Numbered from the stretch's first letter, positions 46,038 to 63,058 are shown. The stretch: 64,000 bases of DNA from Macrostomum hystrix (GCA_950097015.1 CATNEN010000038.1:2418001-2482000), one strand, 5' to 3'. Numbers and translations: made by a program. Notes: generated by a model from the sequence alone, not told the origin.

Positions 46038-48984
46038 GTCTGTTGTCTAATTTATTTTCTTGCAGATGACTCAGATAGCGAGGTCTAACTTTAATTTGAG
46101 TGCACACTTTTGAGCTGAATTGCTGAAATATGTTTAACAAATGTGTTGAGAAAACAATGCATAAAATGGTTTATTGTAGTGCTGAAAAACAAAGTAGGTC
46201 TGGTTCTGTTAGTCTGAAGCTGCATCTGTATTATAAATTTTCCTTGCTTAAATTTTTTTATAAATTTCCTGTTATGGACCATAAAAAACTGATTATCATA
46301 ATAGTTGAAGTCTAGGTCTATGTTGTAAACTATTACAATGGTTCTAGTTACCAAAAACAGACTTACCTATTGCTCCAATGCTCTATAGGAGGGTAACAGT
46401 GTGCCAGCACCCAGAAAAAAATGATAATCAAAAATATGCAGTGTGTCACACAATATAACTTTTTGTGTCATGCAATGATAAAGAAAAAAATCTTGACAGA
46501 TGACAACTAAATGATGCTTATAATACAGCTAGGCCTAACCCTAATTTTTAAAAAGCAAAGAAAAACTATTTTGTATTTAACAAACAAGGCCAGAAATGTG
46601 CAAGAGAAAAGTATAATTTTGTTAGTTTTATTAAATACATTTTTAATAAAACATTAATATTATATATAAATATATATGTAATATTAATAAAAAAAGTTGC
46701 ATGGATAAAATATTGAATTTAGCTTGTGCTAGGCCTAATCTTGTTTGCATAAATTTTCCAAATTCTAGGCTTGCAATACTTTGCTAAAAAGTGCATGCAA
46801 GTAAGCACAGGATTCTACCTTGAGAGTTGTACCATGTTAGGCTTTGATTGCACTATTGTGTATCAGTTTAAGCTTGTGTACACTGGATTGTTAATTTGTT
46901 ATAAATTTGTGCTGTCTAAAGGTTAGTTTATGCCAGAATTTTCCAACCAAACTACCACTTTCCTGACTATTTGTATAGATATTGCTATAGCAATAGGACC
47001 TATACAGTGACAATTGCCACTAACTGTGTTTGTTTTTTTTAACTAGCTGTTTTCCTCCTAGCTAATGGCTAATGCTGGTACCAACAGCTAACAATAAGTC
47101 AACTGAAAAAGAGTGTAAGCCTAATGTATAGCTAGCTACTATCCTATTAGACTTAAATATCTTACTAAAGATAAGACAGAAATTGTTATAGTAGAAAAGG
47201 CCTGTAAAGGTTTATAGTATCTTGTCTGTAAGATACTATAATATTGACTTAATTGTCATAGGCCCTAACTTTACTTGCGCCTGAGGGCTGAGGCTCAAAG
47301 GCTTCTGGGTTATTTGGTTCCTAGGCCTAATTGATTGGTAATTAAGTATGTGTTGAAATGGGAAAAATTAGAGTAAACCAAAATTATGCTACTAATGACA
47401 ATATTAGCTATGACACATGAAAATACTTCAAATCGCATGATTTTTTATGCTGTGGCAGTGTAGGCCCCTATGGTTCTGTCTGTGGCCAAAGCCAAAGAGA
47501 AAGAAAGAAGAGAAAGGATGGGAGGAAATGACCATAAGCCTCTTGCCTTGTTACTTTTGGCACAATTCATTTTCGGGGTGGCCCACTATATCATTTGAAT
47601 GTGCTACTATGATATCTGAGTAAGAGTATGGACTCGTGATTTCACGACCAACGGAATCGCGATCGTGATTTTTTTACATCGTGAAAATTGCATCGTGAAA
47701 ATTTTGTCATTTTTTATGACCCATCAATACTTTTAATGCAAGTACTATAATCTAGAATTGTGTTTGCTGGTACGAGTATAATAGCACATCTAACGATACT
47801 AAATCCTTTTAGTTTCAATTTAACTGCATTCGTATATTTCTTGTAATCTATTTTATTTTAAACTCTTATGCATTATAACAATACTGCATTCAAAATATTA
47901 GTCACTATACAGTATTCTTAGTTCCTATTCTTACTTTTTCTTTGCATATATATTTATAAGCATATACTATTATATTATTACAACGCTGTATTTTCATTGG
48001 TTATTTCTGTAATATCGAATACCTAAATAAGTATTAATGAGAAATCTTAGTTGCCCTTAGTACTAAGATTCATCTAACACACTGTCGAACTGTTTTGTTA
48101 GTATAATAAACATGTTTTGAGCAGAGCCTTACCGCCGCTCGTCCCCTATTTCAGGAATTTAAAGTGCAGCCCGATGAACCCATTATATTTTGTATATAGT
48201 ATTGAATAAAAACACTGAACCTGATTTAAACCAGATTTGACCCTAATCGCCCAACTAATTAATAGTTTCGTCCTTTAGCTAAATAAGGCGTCAGGTTGGC
48301 ATCGCTGACAATATATTATTCCTTAATACATACCGGCCGCACCAATTGAGTGATCGTTCGTTTTTTTCTTTTCACTTCGTCACAGCTCTGCTACTTTTAT
48401 TTAGCTTCATTCTGAAAGCAGTGGCTTTTACAATTAAGTTAAAGTATTTTTTGGTTTTTCTGTTTCCAACAAAAGTGGTCCGATTACTTATCGTATCGGA
48501 ATACAAAATAGTTTTTGTTCTGCATGGGTCTTTGTTTAATTGTTTCTATTTTTTAACACATAAAAAGTTTGTAATAATATTAATATCAAATCAATGTGAT
48601 TTTCTTAAGTTCGAACACTTCAGACAGAAGAGATCATATTTTGTTCGTTATTTATTAGTTTATTTTTAATGGTCATCCGCAAAAGTCTTTAACAAAGACA
48701 AAATTTAAGCTAGACGATTTCCCTATACAGCGCAATTTGCGTATACTGTTGAACACTAACGTACGCTTCGCTCAACAAGGACTACTAAACAACAGTAGTT
48801 TTGTAGTCCTTGTCACTCAATTCATTGGTAACACGATACATATATGTGCGCGTCCATTCATAGTTTAATACGATTTCAGACTACATGTACAGGGTGAAAC
48901 CATCATACATCACACGCACAATAATATTAATCGACACAGTGCAGGGTGTGGTCCATATATGGACACAGCGGAGAGGCAATGGTC

Positions 48985-49660
48985 ACCCAAACCGCTAACC
49001 CCGGCCCTGTAGCTGCCATGCAGACAGGCGAGGGCGCAGGGCCAGTCAGGGTGGTCCGCTGGTCCATCCTGCTGCGCTGTCTTCCGTTCGGAAGAACGTG
49101 GCTCGTCTAGTCGCCCGAAGGAACTGGACGAGTCGGGAAATGCTGTCGGGCTGGCAAACCTCGTCCATAGACGGCTTGGGCCCGAGGTAGCGTAGCCAGT
49201 GTCTGATAAAGAAAGGGCAGTGACACATAAAGTGCTCAGCATCTTCTTTGTCGAACTCACAAAAGGGGCAGAGATCGCTCTCAAGGTCGCCCCGAAGGAA
49301 GCATGCAGCGCCTAGCGAGGTAGCCATGGCCCGTGAGGGTCATGGCGAGGGCGCGGATATCCTTCCGGTTTTGGCTCTGAAGGATGTTCCTATAAAGCTT
49401 GCGACACGGGATTGCCGGCAGTTCTGGGTGCCTGCCCATCTGTCCCTGTGGAGGGACTCAGCCCAGCAGTCATCAATTTGGCGATTGATGACTGTAATAA
49501 TGGGGATCGGGACCAGGGGAGCGGGGCCCAGGAGAGAGCCGACGCGCCGTTGAGTGGCTTTCCTACGGACAAAAATGTCCAACGGAAGGCATTGAGGCCG
49601 TCGTAGGGACGTGGTGCACTCATGGTCATGGGACATGCGCGCCCCGACACAGTTCACTCA
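48985..49660 (-). mobile_element. Decayed non-LTR retrotransposon 3' end with CCHC knuckle
   Basis: GC-rich island; CPFCEFDKEDAEHFMCHCP zinc knuckle followed by LVQFLRATRR; upstream frames are broken. Confidence 0.78.
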
Positions 49661-50666
49661 TTCGTAAAGTTTAAGACAATGAATTGTGACAGAATTGCAT
49701 CATGCAGGCCAAGACCAAGGGTAAGGAGGAATCTCTTAGATTTTTTGTGAACCGCAGCTGTCTAATAATTTTTAAAGCGGATGCATATTTATGCTTGTTA
49801 TAAAATTGTGAACAGTAAAAAATTAGACTTGTATTTTACACTTTCGCAGTGTAACTGTATATATAGATTGTGCATTTTTTTTCATCAAAAACACGATTCA
49901 GGTTATCGTTAAAAATCACAAAATCAGGAAAAAACGAGTAAATAAAAGGGATGTTAGGAAATACGATTGATGTTACAAAAACCTAGAAAAACCATATAAT
50001 GTCTTCTGAAATAATCTAATAAGTAAACGCGAAAAAAAGAAAATGAAAGAGCTAGCAGAGTCGTGGGTGCAGTCAGTTTAGTTTAAACTAGGACCTAATT
50101 TTATCATGTAAATTGCCAAATAAAAGAATATTGAACAGCTAGTGAAGATAGCATATGTAAGTCCTCGATGATTAAAAATGTTTGTTACATGTAAAGACTG
50201 TTGTCAGATAAGGCCAGATAAAAATATGCAAAGGCACAATCGGTGCTGTTTCGCCGCACCTCCATTAGCTGTCTGAGTACAACTGCAAGTCCATGGACAC
50301 GCGGGGGCGGTGGCACCCAAACACTAGAGCTTACTTACAAAAAAGTGCATGAAAATTAATCTATTTAAAGGCTGTATTGAAAATCAAATTGGAAATCTAT
50401 ACAAAAATTACACAAGAAATAACAATACACAAGAATTTGTTTCAGAGGACGCTAAAACTCGATTGATTAAGCTGTTAAAGATGTCCTTTAAGCCTCTGAA
50501 TATATAAAAATATTTATCTATTTCATATCGCCTTACTCGTAGGTCGTGGAGCATGGTGCATAAAAAGGTATAGGCTTCTGCTGAAATTGTGAAGAGGTGA
50601 CCATAACACCGCCACTATCACAGAGTAACCGAAGAGATCAATCTAAAAATGCTTGCCGATGGCCAA

Positions 50667-52749
<2,083 letters not shown>

Positions 52750-55024
52750 CTGTAGATATAATGCTTATTGTAGTCTGTAGAAAGCTAGATATTAACTAAG
52801 TAAAGAAATAAATAGTGGCAGCAGTAAAAAGAGTAAAAACAAATATGAAAAACTCCTATTTCTGCAGGCTAAAAAATAGTGCAGCGCTATGCGACCGATA
52901 TGTAAATTATACCAAAATGAAATAGTGACGACACCACTGGCAACCGTTTATATAGTTCATAAAGCGAATGTTAAAAAGTAAAGTGACGCGAATATCAATG
53001 TAACAGATATAAAAAACCATAGACCATAGAAAAGCTATTTTTTAATGATCCGAGTAAAAATTTTAAAATACACAAACGACGTTTTTACCCTCGAAAAAGA
53101 CAGTTTTGTTATACTACTTGCGCGCGTAAAATGTTAACACTTTTTTGCATTCTTTGCACGATATGAGTGAATTAAATTTTGTTCCTTCAGTTCTGGTAGC
53201 AAGTACCATTACATATTAAAAACTTATTTCTTGTGAAAAAAAACCTACTTTCTACGTATAAAATCGAGCAAAAAACCGCGACTACTTTTTCTATTGAGTT
53301 GACACTTCTAGAGTTTTTAGGATTCTGTACTGGTGGATTAGAATTGGCAGCTAGCTTGAGAAGTCTATAATAATCGCCGTCATTGTTGCAATAAATAGTG
53401 CTATTATATAAAATTCCTATTAGAAATAGTAACATAAGCGATAGGCCTAGAATTATCAGATATAGACTTCTAGATCGAGATTTATAGTGATGTGATTTAG
53501 TGATAATTAGAAAAACCGTAAAGCACTTAATTAATTAGATTATTTTTAACTATAGGTTTATACTCACTTGATTTTTAGTCATTACAATTTATTTTCATTT
53601 ATTTATTTTCTTTATTTCAATTCATTAACTTGCATATAAACTTAGTGTTTATACGAACTTACAAAGACAGTTTTGTGCAAATAAAATGAGAAACTTTTTA
53701 CTCGGTTGCCTAGCTAGAACGTCAATTAAATATCATATGTTATTTTTTTATTTGTTATTTTCTATACGTTATATTTACATAGAAAGTCTAAAGTAGGTCA
53801 ATTTCAATATTCCATACGGACAGATCAGACTTTATTATCTGCATAAGTAATATCTTCAAGTTTTTCTACGTAAATTACTGCTACTGCTCTTATTTGCTCA
53901 ATATCGCTAGTACTAGTTGATTTGCAATTCCTAATTCCCAAATGCACAATAACGCTTTTGGTGCAACTTCTTGCACTATATACAGTTTTCTAGCTGATGC
54001 TATATATTCCTTGTTTATAGTGCAATACGAAACCGAGGAACAGCATGCAACCGCTGAAGTTTAATATATAGATATAAATAGATCTCTAAATGGATAGAAA
54101 TAGAAAAAACCGATTTGGAAATGGAATTCACGCAACTCATTAACATATAACTACTAATACTGATCTGATTTACGAATGTATCACTCCGGAGTTAGCTTTT
54201 CTTTAAAGCAGTATAACAAGTCATATAAGCGATTATACACGCTAATATTCTCTCACAAACCTTGTACTTTCAGTTAAAACAAACTTCCTTTTTAATAATC
54301 AAAGCGATTCTATAATTTAAAATACAAATTATACAATGAAGTTTACTTTAAAACTTTCAATATATTTTTATTCCGCAAATTTCCGCGATTATGCTTTCAA
54401 TAGTAACTTTACCGATTATTGACTTTGTATGAATTCAGAACTGAATCCTTTTGTGAACTGCGGGGCATTGTGAATGAACATGTCATGTAGTCGTATTTTA
54501 AATTAATATTAAGGCTTTAGATCATGAACTAAATATTGCCATACTTTATTCTGAAAGTAAAAAATAAAAATTGTTTCTTTGCTAAGACTCTGTATTTTCA
54601 AGACAATTTTTTATTGAACTATGATAAATACTTTTAACTTCAAAGTACCTTCAAGCGCTTTTTAGTAAATAAAATAAGTTTCATGAATATTTAAGTGCTT
54701 CTGTATATAGTTTTAGTCCTATACTTTCTCATGATTAAGTTTGACACAATTTGATTTCCAAATTTCCAAATACTAATCTTGAACATACTAGAATCTAAAT
54801 TTATGTTGTAAGAGAAAAAATTAAACTTAACTGCTTGCGATAATAATAGTATTGTGTCAATTAACTCTTGAACAAAAGTTATTCATATATTTTTGACTGT
54901 ATTTATGGTGTGAAGTCAGCCATACCCATATTATAATTAAGGACTTAAATATTTTCCAGTTCAATGACTTTCTCTTGCTTTTATTGCAGGTTATTTTGCT
55001 TCAAAGTCTCTGCCACGCCACAAG

Positions 55025-55675
55025 ATGCCTAAGGACAAGAAAAACAAAGACCACAAGGAGCACAAGCGCAGCAGCAGCAGCAGCAGTGCCGATTCTTACT
55101 CCAACGATCCTGTCAAGCGGGCCAAGAAACTGCAGAAGAAGCAAATGAAAGAGATGAAGAAGGCACAGAAGCATGGTGGAGCTCTGCCGCATGGAGCCAT
55201 GAACGCTGGACACAAACCTGGCTACGGCGGCAACAGTGCCTACCCACCGCCCGGGCCCGGTGGTCCATACGGCGGCGGGGCACCCTATGGTAGTCCTGGC
55301 GGCGGCGCCCTGTACGGGAATCCCTATGTTGGCCCGCCTGGCGGGGCTCCTTACGGCCAACCTCCCTACGGGAATCCCCCTGGGGGAGCCCCGTACGGCC
55401 AACCACCTTACGGGAATCCCCCCGGGGGTGCCCCGTACGGCCAACCACCTCACGGGAATCCCCCTGGGGGTTCCCCGTACGGCCAACCACCCTACGGGAA
55501 TCCCGCCGGCGGTTCCCCATACGGCCAACCTCCTGCCGTGGGAGCCCCTTACGGACAAACTCCCTATGGTAATCCCGCTGGAGGTAATCCCCCCTACGGG
55601 AATCCCTCCGGGGGAACCCCTCACGGCAGCGGCCCAGGCGCATACCAGCCTAACCCACCCCCAGGATATCCGTGA
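55025..55675 (+). CDS. Gly/Pro/Tyr-rich repeat protein with basic N-terminus
   Basis: 216-aa ORF after a splice acceptor (ttgcag at ~54989). [14 protein letters not shown] units vary mostly at synonymous positions; AATAAA signals downstream. Confidence 0.8.
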   Translation: MPKDKKNKDHKEHKRSSSSSSADSYSNDPVKRAKKLQKKQMKEMKKAQKHGGALPHGAMNAGHKPGYGGNSAYPPPGPGGPYGGGAPYGSPGGGALYGNPYVGPPGGAPYGQPPYGNPPGGAPYGQPPYGNPPGGAPYGQPPHGNPPGGSPYGQPPYGNPAGGSPYGQPPAVGAPYGQTPYGNPAGGNPPYGNPSGGTPHGSGPGAYQPNPPPGYP

Positions 55676-57124
55676 TTTAAGAGGCTTTGAAGACAGAAGC
55701 AAATATTCAGTTCTGCAACATTTGTTTCACCAAATGGCCACGCGGCAGACAAGCTGCACGGTGCCACCATTATTTATTCTGCTGAAAAAGGGAAGCTAGC
55801 TGGAAAAATTGAATAACAAACAGAAACTTTATTTAATAAATATCAACTCCAAACTAAAGCCTCCCTAGAGTCAGCATGCAGTGTTGGTCAGCTCTATACT
55901 GTTTTCAGACCAGGCAAAATAAAAAAGAATCTAAATAAAAATCGCCTTCTTTATTTTATTTATTTTCGTTTGATATCGTCATTTTATTTCCATACCGAAT
56001 GTCTTGATTTTAGCTGGCTCTATCTATGAAAAAACAATTCATTACTGCTAACATTTACTCTCTGTGGAGCTCGCTAAATATTTATTTTAATAAATTCCTT
56101 ATCAAACCAACATATTAACAAAACTGAGTGATCGTGTTTATTCTTTATTCTTATTGTTTATGTTCGTCTGTTCTTTAAAAAACCCTTTGCGGTTTTAATG
56201 TTTTGCTTACTTCGCTACTGTTAGTAGAGTAAAGCGAAAAAACTGTCAATGTTAAAATTCTTATGTACGTAAGTGTTTCTTTAGGGCTAAAAGCGTTTGC
56301 CTCTAGTTTAGAAGCACAAAAATTAGAAACTTTTCACTTGGTTCCCATAAATCCTCGACCCTATTTTAGTTTACACTTAAAGAGAAAAACTATTTTAACT
56401 TCGATTTTCAATGACTCCTGCTCATTGACTGGCCACGCCTGACTCCTCACCTTAGGTACTCGTAGGTATAGTTAAGACGATGTTTTTTAGTGTGTCAATC
56501 ATTAGTGGCTTAGATTTGCATTGCGCCGTTTGGGACTGTCACGGTTGACAGGTTTTGGCTTAAACTTCACTAGAACTAAAAAAACACGAAGATTGCAGTA
56601 AAGTGTAATTTAAAATACGAAAAACTTTTGTTTGAATATTTGCAAAGCCGGATACTTCTCTGGCTTAAATTCTGTGACGTTTGCAGTTATATCTACGATC
56701 GTAAATTTCTAATCAAATCTAATATTAGTGCTTATAACGACAATCATTTCGACAAGCGGTTGAATGCAATTGAATGGGCTTTCTTTAGTCAGGAAAGCAG
56801 ACATCAGAGAAATTAATTTACGGGATTGTCGTATTCCAGGAGACACGGCAGCTGCAGTTACAAAGTCTCGTGGTTGGCATGTCATTCTCTGGTAAGTTTT
56901 CTTCAGCTTTCAGCCCAAGCTTGCATGAGCAACATTTTATTGTGATTAAATTTTCCAATTCCCAGCATTTATTTTAGAAAAATATGGGCTGGCTGGTTAG
57001 CAACGAAGGGGTGGAACTCGCTCGCAATATTTGTTTCATACAATTTTTAAACCCGGCAAACTGAAACTGAAATTCAGATTTTTCAAGTCAAGTATGGCTA
57101 CTGTGGTGGAATCTTGGTTGGAGT

Positions 57125-58062
57125 CTAGCAGGAGATGGGTGATGTCTAACAGGTGATGGGTGATGTCTAACAGGTGATGGGTGATGCCTAACAGGTGATG
57201 GGTGATGTCTAACAGGTGATGGGTGATGTCTAACAGGTGATGGGTGATGTCTAACAGGTGATAGGTGATGTCTAACAGGTGACGGTTGCTGTCTAACAGG
57301 TGGTAGGTGAAGTCTAACAGGTGATGGGTGATGTCTAACAGGTGACGGTTGCTGTCTAACAGGTGGTAGGTGAAGTCTAACAGGTGGTAGGTGATGTCTA
57401 ACAGGTGACGGTTGCTGTCTAACAGGTGGTAGGTGATGTCTAACAGGTGATGGGTGATGTCTAACAGGTGATGGGTGATGTCTAACAGGTGATAGGTGAT
57501 GTCTAACAGGTGATGAGTGATGTCTAACAGGTGATGGGTGATGTCGAACAGGTGATGGGTGATGTCTAACGGGTGGTAGGTGATGTCTAACAGGTGGTAG
57601 GTGATGTCTAACAGGTGATGGGTGATGTCTAACAGGTGGTAGGTGATGTCTAACAGGTGATGGGTGATGTCGAACAGGTGATGGGTGATGTCTAACAGGC
57701 GGTAGGTGATTTCTAACCAGGTGGTAGGTGATGTCTAATAGGCGGTAGGTGATGTCTAACCAGGTGGTAGGTGATGTCTAACAGGTGGTAGGTGATGTCT
57801 AACAGGTGATGGTTGGTGTCTAACAGGTGGTAGGTGATGTCTAACAGGTGATGGGTGATGTCTAACAGGTGGTAGGTGATGTCTAACAGGTGATGGGTGA
57901 TGTCTAACAGGTGACGGTTGCTGTCTAACAGGTGGTAGGTGATGTCTAACAAGGTGGTAGGTGATGTCTAACAGGTGGTAGGTGATGTCTAACAGGTGAT
58001 GGTTGGTGTCTAACAGGTGATGGGTGATGTCTAACAGTTGACGGTTGCTGTCTAACAGGTGA
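57125..58062. repeat. 21-bp minisatellite (gatgtctaacaggtgatgggt)
   Basis: Tandem array. Confidence 0.97.
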
Positions 58063-58546
58063 TTTTACTGTCTATGTCTAGCGTTTTCTAAAGGACATTC
58101 TTGCCCTATTAGATTTTTGTTTTTTAGCGCCTGAGTTCTTTTCTTAAAAGCGCGTCTTGCCTATTGATATTTCAGCCTGTCTATTCATTTGTGATCGCAT
58201 AGACTTGTCACACACAATTCGCATAGAAGCGAGTGTGTCTCAGAGCTGCACAGCAAAATGACACTGAGTGTGTCTGAGCTTTACAAATCTGTTTACTTGT
58301 GCCAAAACAAACTTTGCCCCACACCAGAAGCAGAATTAACAATAATTGTTCAACAAAAACGGATATTGCAGCTGCTGCTCTTGTGGCAGGTGTCTCATTG
58401 TCTCATTGTGTCTCATTTCTTATGAATAGAAGCACAGCATTTTGCTGCTGATTTCATAGCTAATTTTCTATTCATAGTTTAACTGTTATTTCGCTCTTTT
58501 TTTCAAACTGATCGAAAACTAAGTTATATTTTTCGAAAAGTAGGGT

Positions 58547-59425
58547 TGTCAGCAGGAGTGTCAGCAGGAGTGTCAGCAGGAGTGTCAGCAGGAGTTTCAG
58601 CAGGAGTGTCAGCAGGAGTGTCAGCAGGAGTGTCAGCAGGAGTGTCAGCAGGAGTGTCAGCAGGAGTGTCAGCAGGAGTGTCAGCAGGAGTGTCAGCAGG
58701 AGTGTCAGCAGGAGTGTCAGCAGGAGTGTCAGCAGGAGTTTCAAAAGGAGTGTCAGCAGGAGTGTCAGCAGGAGTGTCAGCAGGAGTGTCAGCAGGAGTG
58801 TCAGCAGGAGTGTCAGCAGGAGTGTCAGCAGGAGTGTCAGCAGGAGTGTCAGCAGGAGTGTCAGCAGGAGTGTCAGCAGGAGTTTCAAAAGGAGTGTCAG
58901 CAGGAGTGTCAGCAGGAGTGTCAGCAGGAGTGTCAGCAGGGGTGTCAGCAGGAGTGTCAGCAGGAGTGTCAGCAGGAGTGTCAGCAGGAGTGTCAGCAGG
59001 AGTGTCAGCAGGAGTGTCAGCAGGAGTGTCAGCAGGAGTGTCAGCAGGAGTGTCAGCAGGAGTTTCAAAAGGAGTGTCAGCAGGAGTGTCAGCAGGAGTG
59101 TCAGCAGGAGTGTCAGCAGGAGTGTCAGCAGGAGTGTCAGCAGGAGTGTCAGCAGGAGTGTCAGCAGGAGTTTCAAAAGGAGTGTCAGCAGGAGTGTCAG
59201 CAGGAGTGTCAGCAGGAGTGTCAGCAGGAGTGTCAGCAGGAGTGTCAGCAGGAGTGTCAGCAGGGGTGTCAGCAGGAGTGTCAGCAGGAGTGTCAACCGG
59301 AGTGTCAGCTGGAGTGTCAGCAGGAGTGTCAGCAGGAGTGTCAGCAGGAGTGTCAACAGGAGTGTCAGTAGGGGTGTCAGCAGGAGTGTCAGTAGGGGTG
59401 TCAGCAGGAGTGTCAGCAGGAGTGT
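58547..59425. repeat. 12-bp minisatellite (tcagcaggagtg)
   Basis: Near-perfect tandem array. Confidence 0.97.
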
Positions 59426-61134
59426 TAAAAGGATAAAATCTTCAGCAAGAATGTCTGCAAGTGTTCAGGTTGAAAAGTCAGATAAAAAAGTTTTGTAATA
59501 TATTAAAGTTCAACGTTTCTGAGTTTCTCAGAAACTAAATCTTGAGAAGGCTTTAAGAATGAAATTAAAAATCAATCGGTCAAGGAAGGTGGTTTATCTG
59601 TTCGAATGACAGCCGATAAGTCATGGCCTATAACAGTAATCTACTTTTGACTGGTGATAACCGTTTTCACCCAGCGACATCGTTTATTTAATTATTTAGG
59701 TATTCGTTTTCAAAAAGTGCAGCACAATCTCTCAGTCTGAAGATTAATTTGAGTCTCGTTTAGCTGCGTTGTTTTCATGGGCAATGGGCAATAAATTTAT
59801 AGACTGTGCTGCTTCTCATTCTAATAGTGCAGAACTTTGAGCAGAACTTTGGCCTCAAAATTCCTACAGCGATTGCACTTTTCAATCATATCTTATTTAG
59901 CCTACTTTCGTATTATTTTGATAGCCTCACGTATAGTTTTACTTTTACTTCAGCCTTTAACCAGTTACGTGGTGTAACTAAATAATTTTCTTATTATAAG
60001 TTGCCCCTGCACTTTAACGGATTTGTCATGCTGTTTAAAATTTCACTTTTCCATTCCATTCAACTGCATGATAAATCAGCCGATATGTCTCATTTGTGTG
60101 TTAATTATTATACAATTCTCTATACTAAAAAGTCACGCACAAGTCGCATGATGTCAAGGTCATCTTTATGTTAGGGCTAGAAAAATATGTCACGTGCTTT
60201 TCTAGAGCTAAAAATAGCTTTAGGCGGAATGACTAATTTCTAAGGATTATTGAAAGTACATGCTTGACACATAGTTATTCACCGCCATAATAGGCCATCT
60301 CCGTCAGAATTCGCTTCTCATCCCTGAAGGAATTTCTTATTAACTAGCCTGGTCTAGTCTGGTGTAATGAAAGCATATTTTTCGAATTTCACTTTTAGTT
60401 CAGAAGCCTTTTTAAATGGCATTCCAGCAGACCAGATGATAATCACACAGGATGGGGTAAGAGCTAGCGGCGTTAGGATAGGCTGAACTAATGCAGTCGC
60501 ATAAAATGACACACTAAAGCAGTAAAGAAAGATGAGCTGCATGGTGTGCAAGCTTTCTGATGCTGTGGCTCCAGCAAACATGTCAGAGCTACGAAGTGTA
60601 TGCCACCCTAGTGAAAGTAATTTGACCGCGGTCTGGTCGCAGTTTCTGGTGTGACAGTGGGAGAAAAAAATGAGGGGAATAAAATAAACCCAGTTGCTGC
60701 ACTGCCATTATGCACTGCTTCCACGATACTGGCTCCTATCCAATTGCAGCTAGTGCTTTTGCAGCATCACCGAGCCTTGTTGACTCTGGGCTTGTTGACT
60801 TGAGGAAAATGTTTTCTTACTTGTCATTGCTTCGATGTACGAACTACTGGCTGACTGCTGATCTTGTGACTGACCGATAGACATTGTAACTAAGTATCTG
60901 GTTGAGTAACTATTGAGTTTGATAATTCACTAATTGTCAAATCTAGACAAAAACTGAAAGTGTCGGATCAGTATTGCAAGTGTCAGATTTAAGCGAAACG
61001 TTTCGGGGCAAGACACCAGGTGTCAGATGAGGACAGAACTGAAGGTGTCAGATAGAGCACTGAGTGTCAGACAAAATATGAGTGTCCGATTTAGACACCT
61101 TAGTCACATTAAGATTGCAAGTGTGAGATGTGGG

Positions 61135-61790
61135 CAGAAAGTGTCAGATCAGGAGGGAAAGTGTCAGATGAGGACATAAAGTGTCAGATCAGGAGGGAAA
61201 GTGTCAGATGAGGACACAAAGTGTCAGATCAGGAGGGAAAGTGTCAGATGAGGACATAAAGTGTCAGATCAGGAGGGAAAGTGTCAGATGAGGACATAAA
61301 GTGTCAAATCAGGAGGGAAAGTGTCAGATGAGGACATAAAGTGTCAGATCAGGAGGGAAAGTGTCAGATGAGGACAGAAAGTGTCAGATCAGGAGGGAAA
61401 GTGTCAGATAAGGACATAAAGTGTCAGATCAGGAGGGAAAGTGTCAGATGAGGACATAAAGTGTCAGATCAGGAGGGAAAGTGTCAGATGAGGACATAAA
61501 GTGTCAGATCAGGAGGGAAAGTGTCAGATGAGGACATAAAGTGTCAGATCAGGAGGGAAAGTGTCAGATGAGGACATAAAGTGTCAGATCAGGAGGGAAA
61601 GTGTCAGATGAGGACATAAAGTGTCATATCAGGAGGGAAAGTGTCAGATGAGGACATAAAGTGTCAGATCAGGAGGGAAAGTGTCAGATGAGGACATAAA
61701 GTGTCATATCAGGAGGGAAAGTGTCAGATCAGGACAGAAAGTCTCAGATGTTGACAGAAAGTGTCAGACCAGGACAGATAGTGTCAGATA
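61135..61790. repeat. 40-bp dimeric minisatellite (two alternating 20-bp units)
   Basis: gtgtcagatcaggagggaaa alternating with gtgtcagatgaggacataaa. Confidence 0.97.
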
Positions 61791-62224
61791 AAGACAGAAA
61801 TCCTGACAAGCGAGCTGGAAGCCGTACAGCTGGCACATGCAACAGAAGCTGCTCTTCTTAGAAATTGGTCAAACCTGGAGTTCTCGATACAGAAAGTGAA
61901 CAGTGGCTGGCCAGATGCTGGGGATAAAGCTAATCGCTGAAAGTAATTCAGTCTCTTCAGCTGACATCTTATTTTCATCAATATTTGAGGGCATCAGTCA
62001 GGCACTGGCTAGCAGTTGGTTCCAATGCAAAAGGGCAGATATCTTGTGCTGTAGAATTTCTATGAAAATTTGGCTTGTTTTGCCACCTGCTGGGCTGCTA
62101 GAGGTAAATATGCAATAAAATGCTTTTCACATTAGCAATAAACTGATAAATATGCTGCTAATCCGCTTAAAAAACTAATAAGACACTAACAGGAGATAAA
62201 ATGAGGAAGAAAATGCATTTATGT

Positions 62225-63058
62225 AGGGAGATCCAATCTAGATCTAGGGAGACCCAATCTAGATCTTGGGAGGCCCAATCTAGATCTAGGGAGGCCCAAT
62301 CTAGATCTAAGGAGACCCAATCTAGATCTATGGAGATCCAATATAGATCTAGGTAGGCCAAATCTACATCTAAGGAGACCCAATCTAGATCTATAGAGAT
62401 CCAATCTAGATCTAGGGAGGCACAATCTAGATTTAAGGAGACCCAATCTAGATCTATGGAGATCCAATCTAGATCTAGGTAGGCCCAATCTAGATCTATG
62501 GAGATCCAATCTAGATCTAGGTAGATCTTGGGAGGCCCAAGATGAGATCCTATCTAGATCTAGGGAGGCCCAATATAGATTTAAGGAGACCCAATCTAGA
62601 TCTAGGGAGATCCAATCTAGATCTAGGGAGATCCAATCTAGATCTAGGTAGGTCCAATCTAGATCTAGGAAGGTCCAATATAGATCTAGGAAGGTCCAAT
62701 CTAGATCTAGGGAGATCCAATCTAGATCTAGGAAGGTCCAATCTAGATCTAGGTAGGTCCAATCTAGATCTAGGAAGGTCCAATCTAGATCTAGGGAGAT
62801 CCAATCTAGATCTAGGGAGATCCAATCTAGATCTAGGTAGGTCCAATCTAGATCTAGGAAGGTCCAATATAGATCTAGGAAGGTCCAATCTAGATCTAGG
62901 GAGATCCAATCTAGATCTAGGAAGGTCCAATCTAGATCTAGGTAGGTCCAATCTAGATCTAGGAAGGTCCAATCTAGATCTAGTTAGACCCAATCTAGAT
63001 CTAGGAAGGTCCAATCTAGATCTAGGAAGGTCCAATCTAGATCTAGTTAGACCCAATC
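62225..63058. repeat. 21-bp minisatellite with palindromic core (ccaatctagatctagggagat variants)
   Basis: Tandem array; each unit contains the palindrome ctagatctag. Confidence 0.96.

Noticed and set aside
58472-59436. SAGV / LLTL repeat ORFs
   Set aside because: A 12-bp satellite lacking stops in these frames; no unique coding flanks.
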